Part shown: one piece after another, positions 41,258 to 52,492 of the stretch
Position numbering within the stretch: position 1 is the stretch's first letter
How the letters are laid out: every line of letters begins with the position of its first letter
Assembly: GCA_963783575.1 (NCBI GenBank)
Contig: CAWAOD010000014.1
Span: forward strand, 379,218 to 443,217
DNA length: 64,000 nucleotides
From: an uncultured Spirochaetota bacterium
GTDB taxonomy: Bacteria > Spirochaetota > Brevinematia > Brevinematales > JAOACQ01
Direction: 5' to 3'
Position numbers and translations under genes: made by a program
The notes under the pieces: generated by a model
What the model was told of the DNA's origin: nothing
What the model saw: the letters and a program-made list of their open reading frames with translations, nothing else
Databases searched by the model: none

Positions 41258-42214
41258 TTATTTCCAGTTTACATTATATTTTCCAAAAGATATCGTTATT
41301 CTTCCAAAAAAACCGGAATATTCTTCCCTGGAATAATTATCAGAAGTAGCAGCAGGAAGATATAGCCACCCAAAAGATAAAGACAATCCGTTAAACATTA
41401 TTTTTACTCCAATATTAAGATATGAATATTGAGGTAATAAAAATCCCCAATCGCTATAAAGATAAATATCTTTTCTATTATAAGCGTATTTATCGGGAAA
41501 TATATATATTGGTATTAATAATTGAAGCGGAAGAACTGTTCCGGCGTTTGGTCCAAGAATATCAAAAGCCTCGGTGGAAATACCGAAACCAAATGGAAGA
41601 TTCGGAAACATCCATACAATGCCGTATTGAAAAAAGTCAAAACCGAAAGCAAGTGGAAAATCAAATAGGTATCCATAAGGATAACTCATTGGTACATTTA
41701 TTATATTAATTATTTCGGCTCCGGTAGGAATTAAATTTTTATTTATTTTATTCATTCTGCCATGAATTTTTTTATAATCACTTATTTCCCTGTAAATCAT
41801 AACCTTTCGGCCATTTAGTTTTTTCATAATCCGGTCTGCCAATATTTTAATGCAATCCTTCAAACCCTCCCTGGACCATAAGTCATAGGTATATACTTCA
41901 TCCTCCAAAATCTTATCTGGATTAATTATATCCGAGAATTTGATATATATTGTATATTTTTCCTCATAATATGATACAGAACCGGTGAGAAAAAAATCAG
42001 GTTTAGACTCAATTATACCTGATGGGCTTAAATCAATCCGTAATAGATTATTATTTTGAAAATCGACAATCATTTCATTTGTAACAAAATTATATGTATC
42101 CTGGTCTAATTCTCCCGAGATTTCAATTGAATTCAATATATATCCTGCATGATCCAAAGAAAATGATAGCCGGAAAGCAAAAATAATTATTAGTGAATAA
42201 ATAAGCCTTAACAT
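41258..42214 (-). CDS. Hypothetical exported/outer-membrane protein
   Basis: Signal-like N-terminus at MLRLIY; aromatic/Gly alternating C-terminal half. Confidence 0.6.
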   Translation of the reverse strand: MLRLIYSLIIIFAFRLSFSLDHAGYILNSIEISGELDQDTYNFVTNEMIVDFQNNNLLRIDLSPSGIIESKPDFFLTGSVSYYEEKYTIYIKFSDIINPDKILEDEVYTYDLWSREGLKDCIKILADRIMKKLNGRKVMIYREISDYKKIHGRMNKINKNLIPTGAEIINIINVPMSYPYGYLFDFPLAFGFDFFQYGIVWMFPNLPFGFGISTEAFDILGPNAGTVLPLQLLIPIYIFPDKYAYNRKDIYLYSDWGFLLPQYSYLNIGVKIMFNGLSLSFGWLYLPAATSDNYSREEYSGFFGRITISFGKYNVNWK

Positions 42215-42363
42215 AATCAATAATTTCCCTGATTCTGAATAAACCATCTTTACATAACCGATCACAGCTTGTATAGAGTTAGTTTATTTGATTATCGATA
42301 AAAAGTTATACATTGTTTAAATATTTTATAAATCTGGTTTTAATGAATGGTATATCAGTGTTT

Positions 42364-42816
42364 TTATTTTGAAGAATCATCCAATGCTTTTTTGAATTTA
42401 GGATTTTTTTCCAGAAATGTGTTTATTTCATCATAGTGGTTTTCACTGTACTTTGTAAAATCATCCTCAGTTAAACCATAATTATGATAAAATTCCCGCC
42501 TTTTTTTTGCCAGTAAAGTCTCAGGGTCTTCACTGGAATTGGTATTTTTATTAACCTCATCAAGCCAATTTTTCTGATCATATAAAAATAATATCCATAT
42601 CTGAACAAACTTTGACGGGCTGTCCAATTGAACTTTATCACCTTTCTTAAGTGTTATCATATTGGTATCAATTGTAATTATATCAGTTGCAGTATTATTT
42701 GTGCCTGCATTTGAAGAAATCTGCTTTTTTGTACAAGCATTAAATACTACTATACAAACTAAAATAAACAAGTAAATTGAAAATACCTTTACAACTGCAA
42801 ATTTACTTTTCAACAT
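42364..42816 (-). CDS. Hypothetical lipoprotein
   Basis: Hydrophobic N-terminus ending FNAC. Confidence 0.65.
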   Translation of the reverse strand: MLKSKFAVVKVFSIYLFILVCIVVFNACTKKQISSNAGTNNTATDIITIDTNMITLKKGDKVQLDSPSKFVQIWILFLYDQKNWLDEVNKNTNSSEDPETLLAKKRREFYHNYGLTEDDFTKYSENHYDEINTFLEKNPKFKKALDDSSK

Positions 42817-43064
42817 CTACCTTCTATACAAATATAAACAATAATATATTTTATAAATCATTATAAAAAAAAGCAAGTGAAAGCATTATTTTAAACTTGT
42901 AAAAGTTTAATATCAAAGTATAAAATTATTTCCAAATTATACTCAAATTTTATTATAAATAATAAAAAAGAAAATAGGATAATTCTTTTATATAGTAAAT
43001 TTGAAAAAAGTTTCTGTCAGTAGTTATAATATATATTCAAGAATTTATGCTTTAGGAGTCAATA

Positions 43065-44153
43065 ATGATTAAAAATGAGAAGCAGTCATTAGGTGAATTT
43101 TTCAGAGAAACAAGAAAAGATAAAGGCATTTCGATAGATGAAATTGTTAGGGATACCAATATCCCTAAAAGATACCTGGAATCAATCGAATCAGATAGTT
43201 TTGATGTTTTTCCAGGTGAAACTTACGCGATCGGCTTTGTTACAAACTATGCCGATGCACTGGAAGTCGATAGAGATTTGGTAATTTCCCTGTACAAAAG
43301 GCAAATGAAAATCGAGCAGGATTCTCCAATTGAACAGCTTGTAGGTAAAAAAAAGCAATTTATACCGAATATGAATATGCTTATTATTGTTGGCGTTATT
43401 ATTATCTCTTTTATTTTTATTTTATTAATTTCATATATTATTAATAGAAATTCACCGAGATCAAATGAGACAGAAAATTCAAACCCAAGAATTTATACAT
43501 ATACTTTTGATGACATCAATAAAATTTCAAACCAAAAATTCAAAATTGGAGACTCTATAACAATAAGCAATGAATCAAAATCGATCTCACTTAGTTTTAT
43601 CTCCGTTAATGCTTCACATTCCCTTTTGATGAAGATTAACAGCCTTGATTACAATATGAAAAGCGGCGATTTATTGAGCATAGACAGCGACCGTAACGGA
43701 ACGAATGATCTCGGTATTGAGCTTTTTTCCGCAAAGGAAAAAGATATTAAATTATCCATTACTTTAATGAAAGAAAATTTCGATTCAAATTCGATGTCAA
43801 TTCAGGATGATCTATATAATAAATATAGAGAATATATTCTTTCAGAAGACGATTTATTTACCAGTAAAACCAGAACTAATATAGATTTGAAAATTGTTAT
43901 GTCTGGAAACTCATGGATAAGCTATATTCCGGACAACAAAGAAGAAAAGGAAATGAATCTTAATAACGGAAGTACTATAACAATAAATTTTATCAATAAT
44001 TTGGTTCTATATCTGGGAAACAGCGGCGCCGCAAAAATAATTGTCGGGAATAAGGAAGAGGACGGCGGAGGCTGGGGAGAGGTAAATAAATCCTTAATAT
44101 ATTGGAAAACTAAAAACGGTCAGTTTACTCTTGTCCGGGGCATATTGAAGTGA
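43065..44153 (+). CDS. rodZ: RodZ-like HTH/transmembrane protein
   Basis: LGE..R..R..KG.S, YL..IE...F..FPG..Y..GF..NYA; one TM helix; C-terminal GN.G; upstream of rimO-pgsA. Confidence 0.75.
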   Translation: MIKNEKQSLGEFFRETRKDKGISIDEIVRDTNIPKRYLESIESDSFDVFPGETYAIGFVTNYADALEVDRDLVISLYKRQMKIEQDSPIEQLVGKKKQFIPNMNMLIIVGVIIISFIFILLISYIINRNSPRSNETENSNPRIYTYTFDDINKISNQKFKIGDSITISNESKSISLSFISVNASHSLLMKINSLDYNMKSGDLLSIDSDRNGTNDLGIELFSAKEKDIKLSITLMKENFDSNSMSIQDDLYNKYREYILSEDDLFTSKTRTNIDLKIVMSGNSWISYIPDNKEEKEMNLNNGSTITINFINNLVLYLGNSGAAKIIVGNKEEDGGGWGEVNKSLIYWKTKNGQFTLVRGILK

Positions 44154-44166
44154 GGTTTTATAGTAA

Positions 44167-45519
44167 GTGAAAATTTATTTTGATGCTCTGGGTTGTCCGA
44201 AAGCTCTGGTGGATGCGGAAAGAATGAATTATTTCCTTGAAAAAGAAAGTCATGAATTGATACTTAATCCCGAAGAAGCAGAAGTTATAATTATTAACAC
44301 ATGTGGTTTTATAGAAAAAGCTAAAAAAGAGAGTATTAATGCGATTTTAAGCTATATTCGCCTGAAAAAAAACAATCCCGAATTAAAAATAATCATATCA
44401 GGATGCCTAACAGAACGTTATAAAAAAGAATTGCTTGAAGCCCTTCCGGAAGTTGATAATGCGATAGGTGTTAGGAATATTGCTAAAATAACTGATGCAC
44501 TTGATTTTTCTAAAAATAATAATAACCGAATTACAGATGATGGTGACTTCAGGAATGAAGATTATACTATACAGAGGAGCTTGAAGTATTCGGGTCTGTA
44601 TTATGCATATATAAAAATAGCCGAAGGATGTAACAGGAATTGCTCATTCTGTACGATTCCAAATATCCGCGGTAAGTATAGAAGCAGGACAATTGAAAAT
44701 ATACTGAGTGAGGCTGAATTTTTAATAAATCAGGGAATCAGGGAATTGATACTTGTCTCAGAAGATAACTTATACTATGGAACTGATATTTATGGAAGAA
44801 AAGCTTTAAAGAATCTTTTGGAATCATTAATTCCATTAGGTTTCGATTGGATAAGGATCATGTATCTTTATCCGGAGGAAGAAATTCTGGATATTGCTGA
44901 ACTGATGAACCGGACTGCCTGTATTTGTAATTATATCGATATTCCGCTGCAGCATGCAAGTAAAAATATTCTTAATTCAATGCATAGAACCGGTAGTTTT
45001 GAGAATTATATAAAACTTTTTTCAAAAATGAGGGAAATTAATCCGGATATTAAGATAAGGACTTCATTTATATTAGGTTATCCTGGAGAAACTGAAAGTG
45101 ATTTTGAAATATTGAAAAATTTAATTAAGGAAGTTCAGTTTGACAGGATTGGATTTTTTGAATATTCAAGAGAAGAAGGAACAGTTTCTTACAATTTAAA
45201 AAATAGGATAAATAAAAGAATTGTTAAAGAAAGAATAAATGAACTCTCGCATATTCAGGAGGGTATTTCCATTATAAATTTAAAGAAACTTATCGGTAAA
45301 ACATTAACTTGCATTAATGACGGGATAGAGCATAAAATACATAATAAAATGTTTGCCGCTTTAAGGAGCGAATATGACGCACCTGAGATAGATGGAAATG
45401 TATATATTGAATTATCTTCAAGGAATAAAAATTTGATTTTTAATAAAGAATTTGTTAAAGTTAAAATTGAGGGTAATTTCAGCTATCATGATTTATCAGG
45501 TTCCATAGTAATTGATTGA
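44167..45519 (+). CDS. rimO: Ribosomal protein uS12 methylthiotransferase
   Basis: LGCPKA.VD.E, NTCGFI..AK.ESI, EGCNRNCSFC.IP, APEIDG. Confidence 0.93.
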   Translation: MKIYFDALGCPKALVDAERMNYFLEKESHELILNPEEAEVIIINTCGFIEKAKKESINAILSYIRLKKNNPELKIIISGCLTERYKKELLEALPEVDNAIGVRNIAKITDALDFSKNNNNRITDDGDFRNEDYTIQRSLKYSGLYYAYIKIAEGCNRNCSFCTIPNIRGKYRSRTIENILSEAEFLINQGIRELILVSEDNLYYGTDIYGRKALKNLLESLIPLGFDWIRIMYLYPEEEILDIAELMNRTACICNYIDIPLQHASKNILNSMHRTGSFENYIKLFSKMREINPDIKIRTSFILGYPGETESDFEILKNLIKEVQFDRIGFFEYSREEGTVSYNLKNRINKRIVKERINELSHIQEGISIINLKKLIGKTLTCINDGIEHKIHNKMFAALRSEYDAPEIDGNVYIELSSRNKNLIFNKEFVKVKIEGNFSYHDLSGSIVID

Positions 45520-45531
45520 GGTTTTAATTAG

Positions 45532-46167
45532 ATGAAATTTGTTTTAACTATACCGAATCTTCTGACTATCTTTAGAGTATTACTAATTCCAATAATACTT
45601 TATTTTATTTTTAATGATTCGCTTTTAAATATCTTCCTGGCGCTCTCCCTATATGGAATATCAGCTCTCACCGATGCTTTTGACGGTTTATTGGCACGAA
45701 AACTGAACCAGGCTTCTGAATTCGGTGCCTACTTTGACCCGCTAGCGGATAAGTTTTTAATATGGAGTGTTTTTACCGTTTTCAGTCTGAAAACAAGCCT
45801 TTTTATTCCATTGTGGCTGATACTATTTATCTATTTCAGAGATTTATTTATAACTTTTTTAAGATCCCATTCAAGAAAAAAAAATATTGTATTTAAAACA
45901 TCTTTTGCTGCAAAAGCAAAAACTACCGTTCAGATGATTTCGGCCGCCATAATAATGACATACATATTAATAACACAGTTCTTAAAAGTTATATATAGAA
46001 TAAAATCACAGAATTATTCGGAGATCTGGCAGGCAATTATTCCTAATCTGTACTGGCTGATTATTTATATCCCGCTGATTTTAACAATATTTGCCGTATT
46101 ATTTACATTGTATACCGCAGTTGATTATCTTTTTATTTATTATAATAAGGCCGTAAAAAGTGATTAA
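45532..46167 (+). CDS. pgsA: CDP-diacylglycerol--glycerol-3-phosphate 3-phosphatidyltransferase
   Basis: PN.LT..R, TDAFDG.LAR......FG.YFDPLADK, K.KT..Q. Confidence 0.9.
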   Translation: MKFVLTIPNLLTIFRVLLIPIILYFIFNDSLLNIFLALSLYGISALTDAFDGLLARKLNQASEFGAYFDPLADKFLIWSVFTVFSLKTSLFIPLWLILFIYFRDLFITFLRSHSRKKNIVFKTSFAAKAKTTVQMISAAIIMTYILITQFLKVIYRIKSQNYSEIWQAIIPNLYWLIIYIPLILTIFAVLFTLYTAVDYLFIYYNKAVKSD

Positions 46168-46651
46168 TAATTTTAATAAAAAGTTAAATGAATTAATTGC
46201 TACGGTATTTTTTACCGGTTACTCACCTTTTATGCCTGGAACGGTCGGTACATTGGCCGGTGTTATTATATATGTCCTTTTCAGCCGTTTTTTTCCAATC
46301 TATAATATCGCTCTCATTTTGTTAATTATTATATCGGTAAGGGTTTCCGATTATGCAGAAAAAAATATTTTCAAAAGTAAAGACTCTTCCCATATCGTAA
46401 TCGATGAAGTAATAGGTTATCTTATTTCAATGATTTCATTTGAGTTTAGTGGATCAGTAGAGAGCATCAAATTCATGGTAGTAGGTTTCATCTTATTCAG
46501 AATATTTGATATCTGGAAACCTTACCCTATCAAGCAATCGCAGAAGCTGGAAGGGGGTCTTGGAGTTGTAATTGATGATCTTATGGCGGGAATTTATACA
46601 AACCTTTTACTTCAATTCCTGAGATTTAAATTTCCTTTCTTTAATTTATAA
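46160..46651 (+). CDS. pgpA: Phosphatidylglycerophosphatase A
   Basis: PGT.GT, D...IVIDEV.G, FR.FDI.KP.P, G.V.DD..AG. Confidence 0.92.
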   Translation: MINNFNKKLNELIATVFFTGYSPFMPGTVGTLAGVIIYVLFSRFFPIYNIALILLIIISVRVSDYAEKNIFKSKDSSHIVIDEVIGYLISMISFEFSGSVESIKFMVVGFILFRIFDIWKPYPIKQSQKLEGGLGVVIDDLMAGIYTNLLLQFLRFKFPFFNL

Positions 46652-46669
46652 CATTATACAAACAGTATT

Positions 46670-47425
46670 TCAGAATTGCTCACCCGCTTTTTTTAAGCTG
46701 TCCCTAACCCTTATAAAGTTATCGCTCATTACAGTATTTGCAGGATTATCTTTTAATGCCAGCTGAAAATTTTTATAGGCCGATTTTAAATCATGCATTG
46801 CCTCATAAGCGACGGCGAGATTATTATAGTAGAAAGACCTTACAAACGGGCCATCATCGGGACTATAAAATAAGGCAGCTTTAAATGCAGTTTCCGCCTG
46901 GTTATAATTTTGCAATTTCAGCAGGGCAAGCCCGATCCGGTTATAAATATTCGGATCATTCGGCTGTATCTTAAGGGCAAATTGATATGATATGAGAGCC
47001 TTGGATGAATCACCAAGGTATTTGTTTTCATCGCCGACAATAAGATAAAGATTAACATTTCCTCCAATATTTTGAATCGCTTTTAATGCAATTTTTAATC
47101 TATCTTTTCTTCTACCCTCATTTGTGTAAAATTTCAGCAGACGGTTATATACATCAGCATTTTTAGGGTTGGCGTCAAGCATTGCCAGTTGTCTGGCTTC
47201 ATCAAAAACAACCACGGCAGGCTGTTCTTTGACTGCAGTATTTTGTTGAGGTGCGGCATTTTCTTTTTTCACCTGTTCGTTTGTTGTCGTTTTCTCATTC
47301 TGAGGAGCAGCATGAGTTTCCTCCTGGGCAGGTTCCTCGGTTGCTTCGCCTTTCTGCGCTTCATCCTGTGCGTAAGATATTGTAATCGCAAATAATATCG
47401 AAAGAATAATTGTTAAAATTTTCAT
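46670..47425 (-). CDS. Exported TPR-repeat protein
   Basis: Signal peptide, E/Q/A-rich linker, TPR motifs (YNRIGLA, YNNLAVAY). Confidence 0.8.
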   Translation of the reverse strand: MKILTIILSILFAITISYAQDEAQKGEATEEPAQEETHAAPQNEKTTTNEQVKKENAAPQQNTAVKEQPAVVVFDEARQLAMLDANPKNADVYNRLLKFYTNEGRRKDRLKIALKAIQNIGGNVNLYLIVGDENKYLGDSSKALISYQFALKIQPNDPNIYNRIGLALLKLQNYNQAETAFKAALFYSPDDGPFVRSFYYNNLAVAYEAMHDLKSAYKNFQLALKDNPANTVMSDNFIRVRDSLKKAGEQF

Positions 47426-47593
47426 CTTCTTCCCCTGATAATTTTAATTTCCAAACATAAAATTTTAATTAATAAATTGAATTTTGTAAATTTATTTGAT
47501 AGATTTCAATATATTATATATTATTATTCTGTAAAATATAATTAATGAGGCTGAAATTTACCGTAATAAATTAGTTTATGGGGAGCAATTATC

Positions 47594-48031
47594 ATGAAAA
47601 ATTTAATAAAAACATTTATTTTATTCTTTGTTATTTATGTACCTGCCTACTCTTCCGATATCAGGATCGAAACTATAGGATTTATGAGCGGCCAGAATAT
47701 TTATATAACTTATCTGGCGCTTGGTTTTTTATATGACAGTTATGAAAAAGGTGTATATGATGCCGGCTTTACTTCTTTAATGGTAAAAGAAATAAATGCA
47801 TCTTGTAAAAAATCCAAAATTAATACACAGGATCTTCTCGATAAGAAAGTTTTAACCGGCAACGATGAAGATTATGGGAAAAACATAATAGACACATACG
47901 ATACTTTAATGTCCGAGGCAAATTCAATAAACAGTGTTATTGAATCCGGTAATTCCGATACAGTCAAACAGTTTGAAAGGAATAAAAGCAAAACCTGGGA
48001 TAAAATACAAACTCTATTAAATATAGAATAA
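47594..48031 (+). CDS. Hypothetical exported protein
   Basis: Signal peptide (AYS); helical composition. Confidence 0.65.
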   Translation: MKNLIKTFILFFVIYVPAYSSDIRIETIGFMSGQNIYITYLALGFLYDSYEKGVYDAGFTSLMVKEINASCKKSKINTQDLLDKKVLTGNDEDYGKNIIDTYDTLMSEANSINSVIESGNSDTVKQFERNKSKTWDKIQTLLNIE

Positions 48032-48060
48032 TACCGCTTTTGTAAAATGGGGGTTTCATA

Positions 48061-49008
48061 ATGAAATTGAGCCAATGGCTGGATAATAAGCTTCAGAAAA
48101 TATCTTTGAAAATTGTAGAAATTAATGAAAAATACTTTTTTCCTGATAATACTATAGGGTTTGAAGGCAAAGAATCCGTTTACCGTCTGATAGAACTTTT
48201 TAGAGAAGCAATATTTCCCGGAGTTTACGATAAACATCATATAGACAGATACCGAATGAATATATTCATAGGCAATCTTTTAAGAGAAGCCGCCCTTAAC
48301 CTTTCTTACCTTATTGAGAAAGTTCTGGAGCACCAGTGTAAAAATAAAGACTGCAAAACATGTGATTTTAAGGAAACTGCAAATGAGATCACGATAGAAT
48401 TGATCAATGAATTTCCTTTGATAAGGGAAATTCTTCAAACCGATATTATAGCTGCCTATAACGGTGATCCTGCCGCGAAATTCAATGAAGAAATTATACT
48501 TAGTTACCCGTCAATCGAGGCATTAAGCATATACAGGATTGCACACTTTCTTTATGAAAAGGACGTCCCGCTTATACCCAGAATTATGACAGAACACGCC
48601 CATCAAAAGACCGGTATCGATATTCATCCGGGGGCTAAAATCGGAAAATATTTTTTCATAGATCATGGTACGGGCGTGGTAATCGGTGAAACAGCTCGAA
48701 TCGGCAATAATGTAAAAATTTATCAAGGGGTAACTTTAGGCGCGAAAAGTTTTCCCCTGGATGAGTTCGGCAACCCGATTAAGGACCTGAAGCGCCATCC
48801 GGATATTGATGATAATGTGGTTATTTATTCCGGTGCTACAATTCTTGGGGGAGATACAAGGATCGGGCATAATTCCACCATAGGCGGCAATGTATGGCTT
48901 ACACATTCAGTACCGCCAAATTCGATGGTTTATAATTCACAGCCTTCGCCGATTGTAAAAACCAAGAATAATAAAGATAATTATGGGGATTTCGATTATA
49001 ATATTTGA
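48061..49008 (+). CDS. cysE: Serine O-acetyltransferase
   Basis: GDPAA, YRIAH, GIDIHPGA.IG..FFIDHGTGVVIGET, KRHP. Confidence 0.93.
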   Translation: MKLSQWLDNKLQKISLKIVEINEKYFFPDNTIGFEGKESVYRLIELFREAIFPGVYDKHHIDRYRMNIFIGNLLREAALNLSYLIEKVLEHQCKNKDCKTCDFKETANEITIELINEFPLIREILQTDIIAAYNGDPAAKFNEEIILSYPSIEALSIYRIAHFLYEKDVPLIPRIMTEHAHQKTGIDIHPGAKIGKYFFIDHGTGVVIGETARIGNNVKIYQGVTLGAKSFPLDEFGNPIKDLKRHPDIDDNVVIYSGATILGGDTRIGHNSTIGGNVWLTHSVPPNSMVYNSQPSPIVKTKNNKDNYGDFDYNI

Positions 49009-49043
49009 AAAAAGATTAGATATTATAATTTATTAGGAATCAA

Positions 49044-49712
49044 TTAATAAAGTGCGAATATTTCACTTGTAAACATTTCCAGTTTTTTTTCATCAAGTTT
49101 ACCGTTTGTCCTAAGTCCGCTGCATATGTCAAGTCCGAATGGACGGACTTCCTCAATAGCTTCTATAACATTATCGGGATTTAAACCACCTGCCAAATAT
49201 ATAGGTATATTAAGCTTCTCCCGAATTTCCTTACTTATTTTCCAGTCATGAACTCTTCCCGTACCGCCCAATTCTTTTACTTTAGTATTTTGGTTCCCTG
49301 AATCAAGTAATATTGCATCAACATACGCTGAAACTTTGACTGCTTCAAATACGGATTCTTTTCCGCGGACATGAACAACCTGAACTATGGAAATTCCCAG
49401 CATAGCGTCTTTAAGTTCCGCATAGCTTCCTTCTAAAAGGCTGTCGCATATCTGGATAGTATTAGCACGGCAGTATTTCTGATCCTTAATTATTGACTCA
49501 GCATCCCGTTTACTGGTTAACAGAAAAGTTGACACTCCTGCCGGTATTTCTTTAATAATCTTCCTTATCAAATTAAGGGAAATCACGCCGGGACCGCTGG
49601 GCATTTCAGAAACAAAACCCAGGGCATCTGCACCGTATCGGATAGCCATCCGGGCTTCTTCTATATTCTCAATACAGCAAATCTTTATCCGCGGTCTAAA
49701 ACTTTTTTCCAT
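49044..49712 (-). CDS. trpF: Phosphoribosylanthranilate isomerase
   Basis: IKIC.I, GADALG, LLDSG, GGTG..HDW, LAGGL.P.NV, D..SG. Confidence 0.85.
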   Translation of the reverse strand: MEKSFRPRIKICCIENIEEARMAIRYGADALGFVSEMPSGPGVISLNLIRKIIKEIPAGVSTFLLTSKRDAESIIKDQKYCRANTIQICDSLLEGSYAELKDAMLGISIVQVVHVRGKESVFEAVKVSAYVDAILLDSGNQNTKVKELGGTGRVHDWKISKEIREKLNIPIYLAGGLNPDNVIEAIEEVRPFGLDICSGLRTNGKLDEKKLEMFTSEIFALY

Positions 49713-49731
49713 ATTTAATTTCCGTCCCTAA

Positions 49732-51045
49732 TTATAGCGAGTATACATCCCTTCTATCAACTACTCTTTTTGCCTTTCCCAGGCTTCTTTCAATTGTTCT
49801 GGGTTCAACAAGTTTCAATTTAACCTTAATTCCAAGGACTGCATAAAGTTTGTTTACTATTCTGTTTTCCAGTTCTACAATTTTTTTCATTTCATCAAAG
49901 AATATTGAATCAACAGCTTCAACCCTTATTTCAAGAGAGTCAATATTATGCTGCCTATCAACAACAATCTGATAGTGCGGAGCAACACCTTCAATCTCAA
50001 GAAGCACTTCCTCAATTTGAGAAGGAAATACATTTACACCGCGGACAATAAGCATGTCATCGGTTCTGCCCATTATTTTCATAATTCTTGCCGTTGTTCT
50101 GCCACAGGAACAAGGTTCTTCATTAATAACGGACAAATCCTTGGTTCTATAACGGAGAAGCGGCAGGGCTTCTTTATCCAGAGGAGTAATGATTAATTCC
50201 CCTTTTTCACCTTCATCTAACCATTCTCCTGTTTTAGGGTCTATCACTTCAATTATAAAAGAGTCTTCATTTATATGCATCCCTTTCTTTTCAAGACACT
50301 CGCCTGATATGCCGGGGCCGATAACTTCCGACATACCGTAATTATCCGTTGCCGTAAGTTTAAAACCCCTTTCAAGCTCATTTCTGATCGATTCACTCCA
50401 TGGCTCGGCTCCGAATAAGCCGAATTTCAGTTTGAGGTCTTTTTCAGGTTTTATATTCATCTCTTTCATCATATCAAGAATGTGAAGGGCATATGATGGC
50501 GTCCCAACAAGAACAGAAGCTCCAAAATCCTTTAAAAGCTGAAGCTGGCGCTGAGTATTCCCGCTTGATACCGGTATAACCGCCGCACCAATTTTTTCAA
50601 GCCCGTAATGAAGCCCGAAACCCCCGGTAAATAAACCATATCCGAAAGAAATATGCGCGATATCATTCTTTGTTGCCCCTCCTGCTGAAGCAATACGTGC
50701 AACCATCTCACTCCACCACTCAAGGTCTTTTCTGGTGTATCCTACAACAGTGGGCCTTCCGGTAGTACCGCTCGACGCATGTATTCTCACTATGTCAGAC
50801 ATTGGAACCGCAAAAAGACCATAAGGATAATTATTCCTCAAATCATCCTTTGTAGTAAAAGGAAGCTTTTTTAAATCCTCAATTTTTCTGATATCGCCGG
50901 GACTGATCCCGAAATCGTCCAACTTATCTCTGTAAAATTTTACATTATCATATATGTAATAAATCATTTTCTTTAATTTTTCCAGTTGAATTTCTTTTAT
51001 TTTTTTCCTGGGCATTGTTTCGATTTCCTTGTTCCAGATTGGCAT
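49732..51045 (-). CDS. paaK: Phenylacetate--CoA ligase
   Basis: [50 protein letters not shown]. Confidence 0.92.
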   Translation of the reverse strand: MPIWNKEIETMPRKKIKEIQLEKLKKMIYYIYDNVKFYRDKLDDFGISPGDIRKIEDLKKLPFTTKDDLRNNYPYGLFAVPMSDIVRIHASSGTTGRPTVVGYTRKDLEWWSEMVARIASAGGATKNDIAHISFGYGLFTGGFGLHYGLEKIGAAVIPVSSGNTQRQLQLLKDFGASVLVGTPSYALHILDMMKEMNIKPEKDLKLKFGLFGAEPWSESIRNELERGFKLTATDNYGMSEVIGPGISGECLEKKGMHINEDSFIIEVIDPKTGEWLDEGEKGELIITPLDKEALPLLRYRTKDLSVINEEPCSCGRTTARIMKIMGRTDDMLIVRGVNVFPSQIEEVLLEIEGVAPHYQIVVDRQHNIDSLEIRVEAVDSIFFDEMKKIVELENRIVNKLYAVLGIKVKLKLVEPRTIERSLGKAKRVVDRRDVYSL

Positions 51046-51376
51046 ATAAACTCCTGAATATTATTATAAGCGATTATAGTTTTATGGATTGCTTAATAAA
51101 GGCAATTAATAATAAATAATATTTTACTATAATTTTAGCGGGCATATTAGCTGAATTTCTAGAATTGCCCTGGTTTTTAGACATAAAAAAATTATTAAAT
51201 TGAAAACTAAATTTTTGATAAGACTTTATTTTATTATAAGATTGGATTTCTATCAAATATAAAGTGAAAACCTAAATTTTGATCGGATTTTGCAATATGG
51301 CAATTAAATAACGTGGCTTAATAATTGTTTTCTTATTAATAAACAATTTGAGAATTAAATCTTGTAATACAATAAA

Positions 51377-51682
51377 TTATTTTATTTTTGCGATCATTTC
51401 TTTTTCTTTTTTTAAAAGCTGGGCCAGTTTTTCAATCGTGGCCGAATTACCCCTGGAAGTCATCAAAAACAGAAGTTCTTTGAGATTGTAATCATTAATA
51501 ACATATTTGGATGAATTATTTTCCTTTTTTTCGCTATTATTTTCGGCAGTTTCTTTCTCAATTGCTTCTTTTTTTACAGCTTCCTTCTCAACATTGAGTT
51601 CCTGGGTAAGACGTTTTTCCGCAAGGCTGGCAATTTGCTGTTCCTGATTTATCAGGCCCGGACTTAAACCATTGATAATCAT
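51377..51682 (-). CDS. Hypothetical protein
   Basis: 101-aa charged ORF with AAGGAGG RBS. Confidence 0.6.
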   Translation of the reverse strand: MIINGLSPGLINQEQQIASLAEKRLTQELNVEKEAVKKEAIEKETAENNSEKKENNSSKYVINDYNLKELLFLMTSRGNSATIEKLAQLLKKEKEMIAKIK

Positions 51683-51817
51683 AAATTCCCTCCTTGGAAT
51701 TTAATCATAATAATTTGATTCCGTCATCCATTACGAAATATTTTTATTATTATGTATATATACTATCGATTATTTTTATTATTATCTTTATTTTTTTCAA
51801 AAATTTATTTTCAATAC

Positions 51818-52474
51818 TTATTTTTTTTCAAAATTTTCAATGTTTTGATTTGTAATTTTTCGAATTATTCCGCTTAAATCTATTTTGTTATTATAACAAT
51901 AAGTTAAAAGACTCTCGATGAAATTCACTGTATCATTTTGATTATCATTATCAAAGAATTTGTTAAATAATCCGATGAGCTCTTTATTTTTAAGCTCATT
52001 AATTTCTTTACCAGACAATTTTATTTTATCCATTATTTTAAAGTATCTTTGAACTTCGGGCAGACCTTTCGGAATTCCGTCAAAAGGGGTTTTTCTTTTT
52101 AAGTTTTTACTTTCGGTAAGTTTTATTGATTCCCAGTTTTCAATAATCGTATCCACACCGTCAACTTTAAGGCCGGCAAATACATGAGGGTGTCTTCTGA
52201 TAAGTTTATCGGAAATTTTCTTTATTACATTTTCAATAGTCAGCTTATTTTCCTGCTCGGCAATATATGATATAAATAAAATTAAAAACAAAAGATCGCC
52301 TAATTCTTCTTCAAGATCATCAATTTGATTATTATCTATAGCATCAATAACCTCATAGGTTTCTTCTATTATATCAGGAGCAAGTGTTTCGATTGTCTGT
52401 TCCCTGTCCCATGGACATCCATTATCACCTCTAAGAGTTTTAATAATATTAAGAAGCCTCTGAAATTGTTCCAT
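51818..52474 (-). CDS. mazG: MazG family NTP pyrophosphohydrolase (second domain degenerate)
   Basis: LR....CPWD..QT, EETYE, EELGDLL, KLIRRHPHVF. Confidence 0.88.
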   Translation of the reverse strand: MEQFQRLLNIIKTLRGDNGCPWDREQTIETLAPDIIEETYEVIDAIDNNQIDDLEEELGDLLFLILFISYIAEQENKLTIENVIKKISDKLIRRHPHVFAGLKVDGVDTIIENWESIKLTESKNLKRKTPFDGIPKGLPEVQRYFKIMDKIKLSGKEINELKNKELIGLFNKFFDNDNQNDTVNFIESLLTYCYNNKIDLSGIIRKITNQNIENFEKK

Positions 52475-52492
52475 TTTAACACCTGCTTATAA

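Noticed and set aside
49044-49712. Stand-alone trpF as a folate-pathway surrogate
   Set aside because: Canonical folE is present, and the other trp genes may simply lie outside the window.
51818-52474. mazG as part of a mazEFG module
   Set aside because: It is about 15.5 kb from the toxin-antitoxin pair and sits in a housekeeping ribH-nusB operon.
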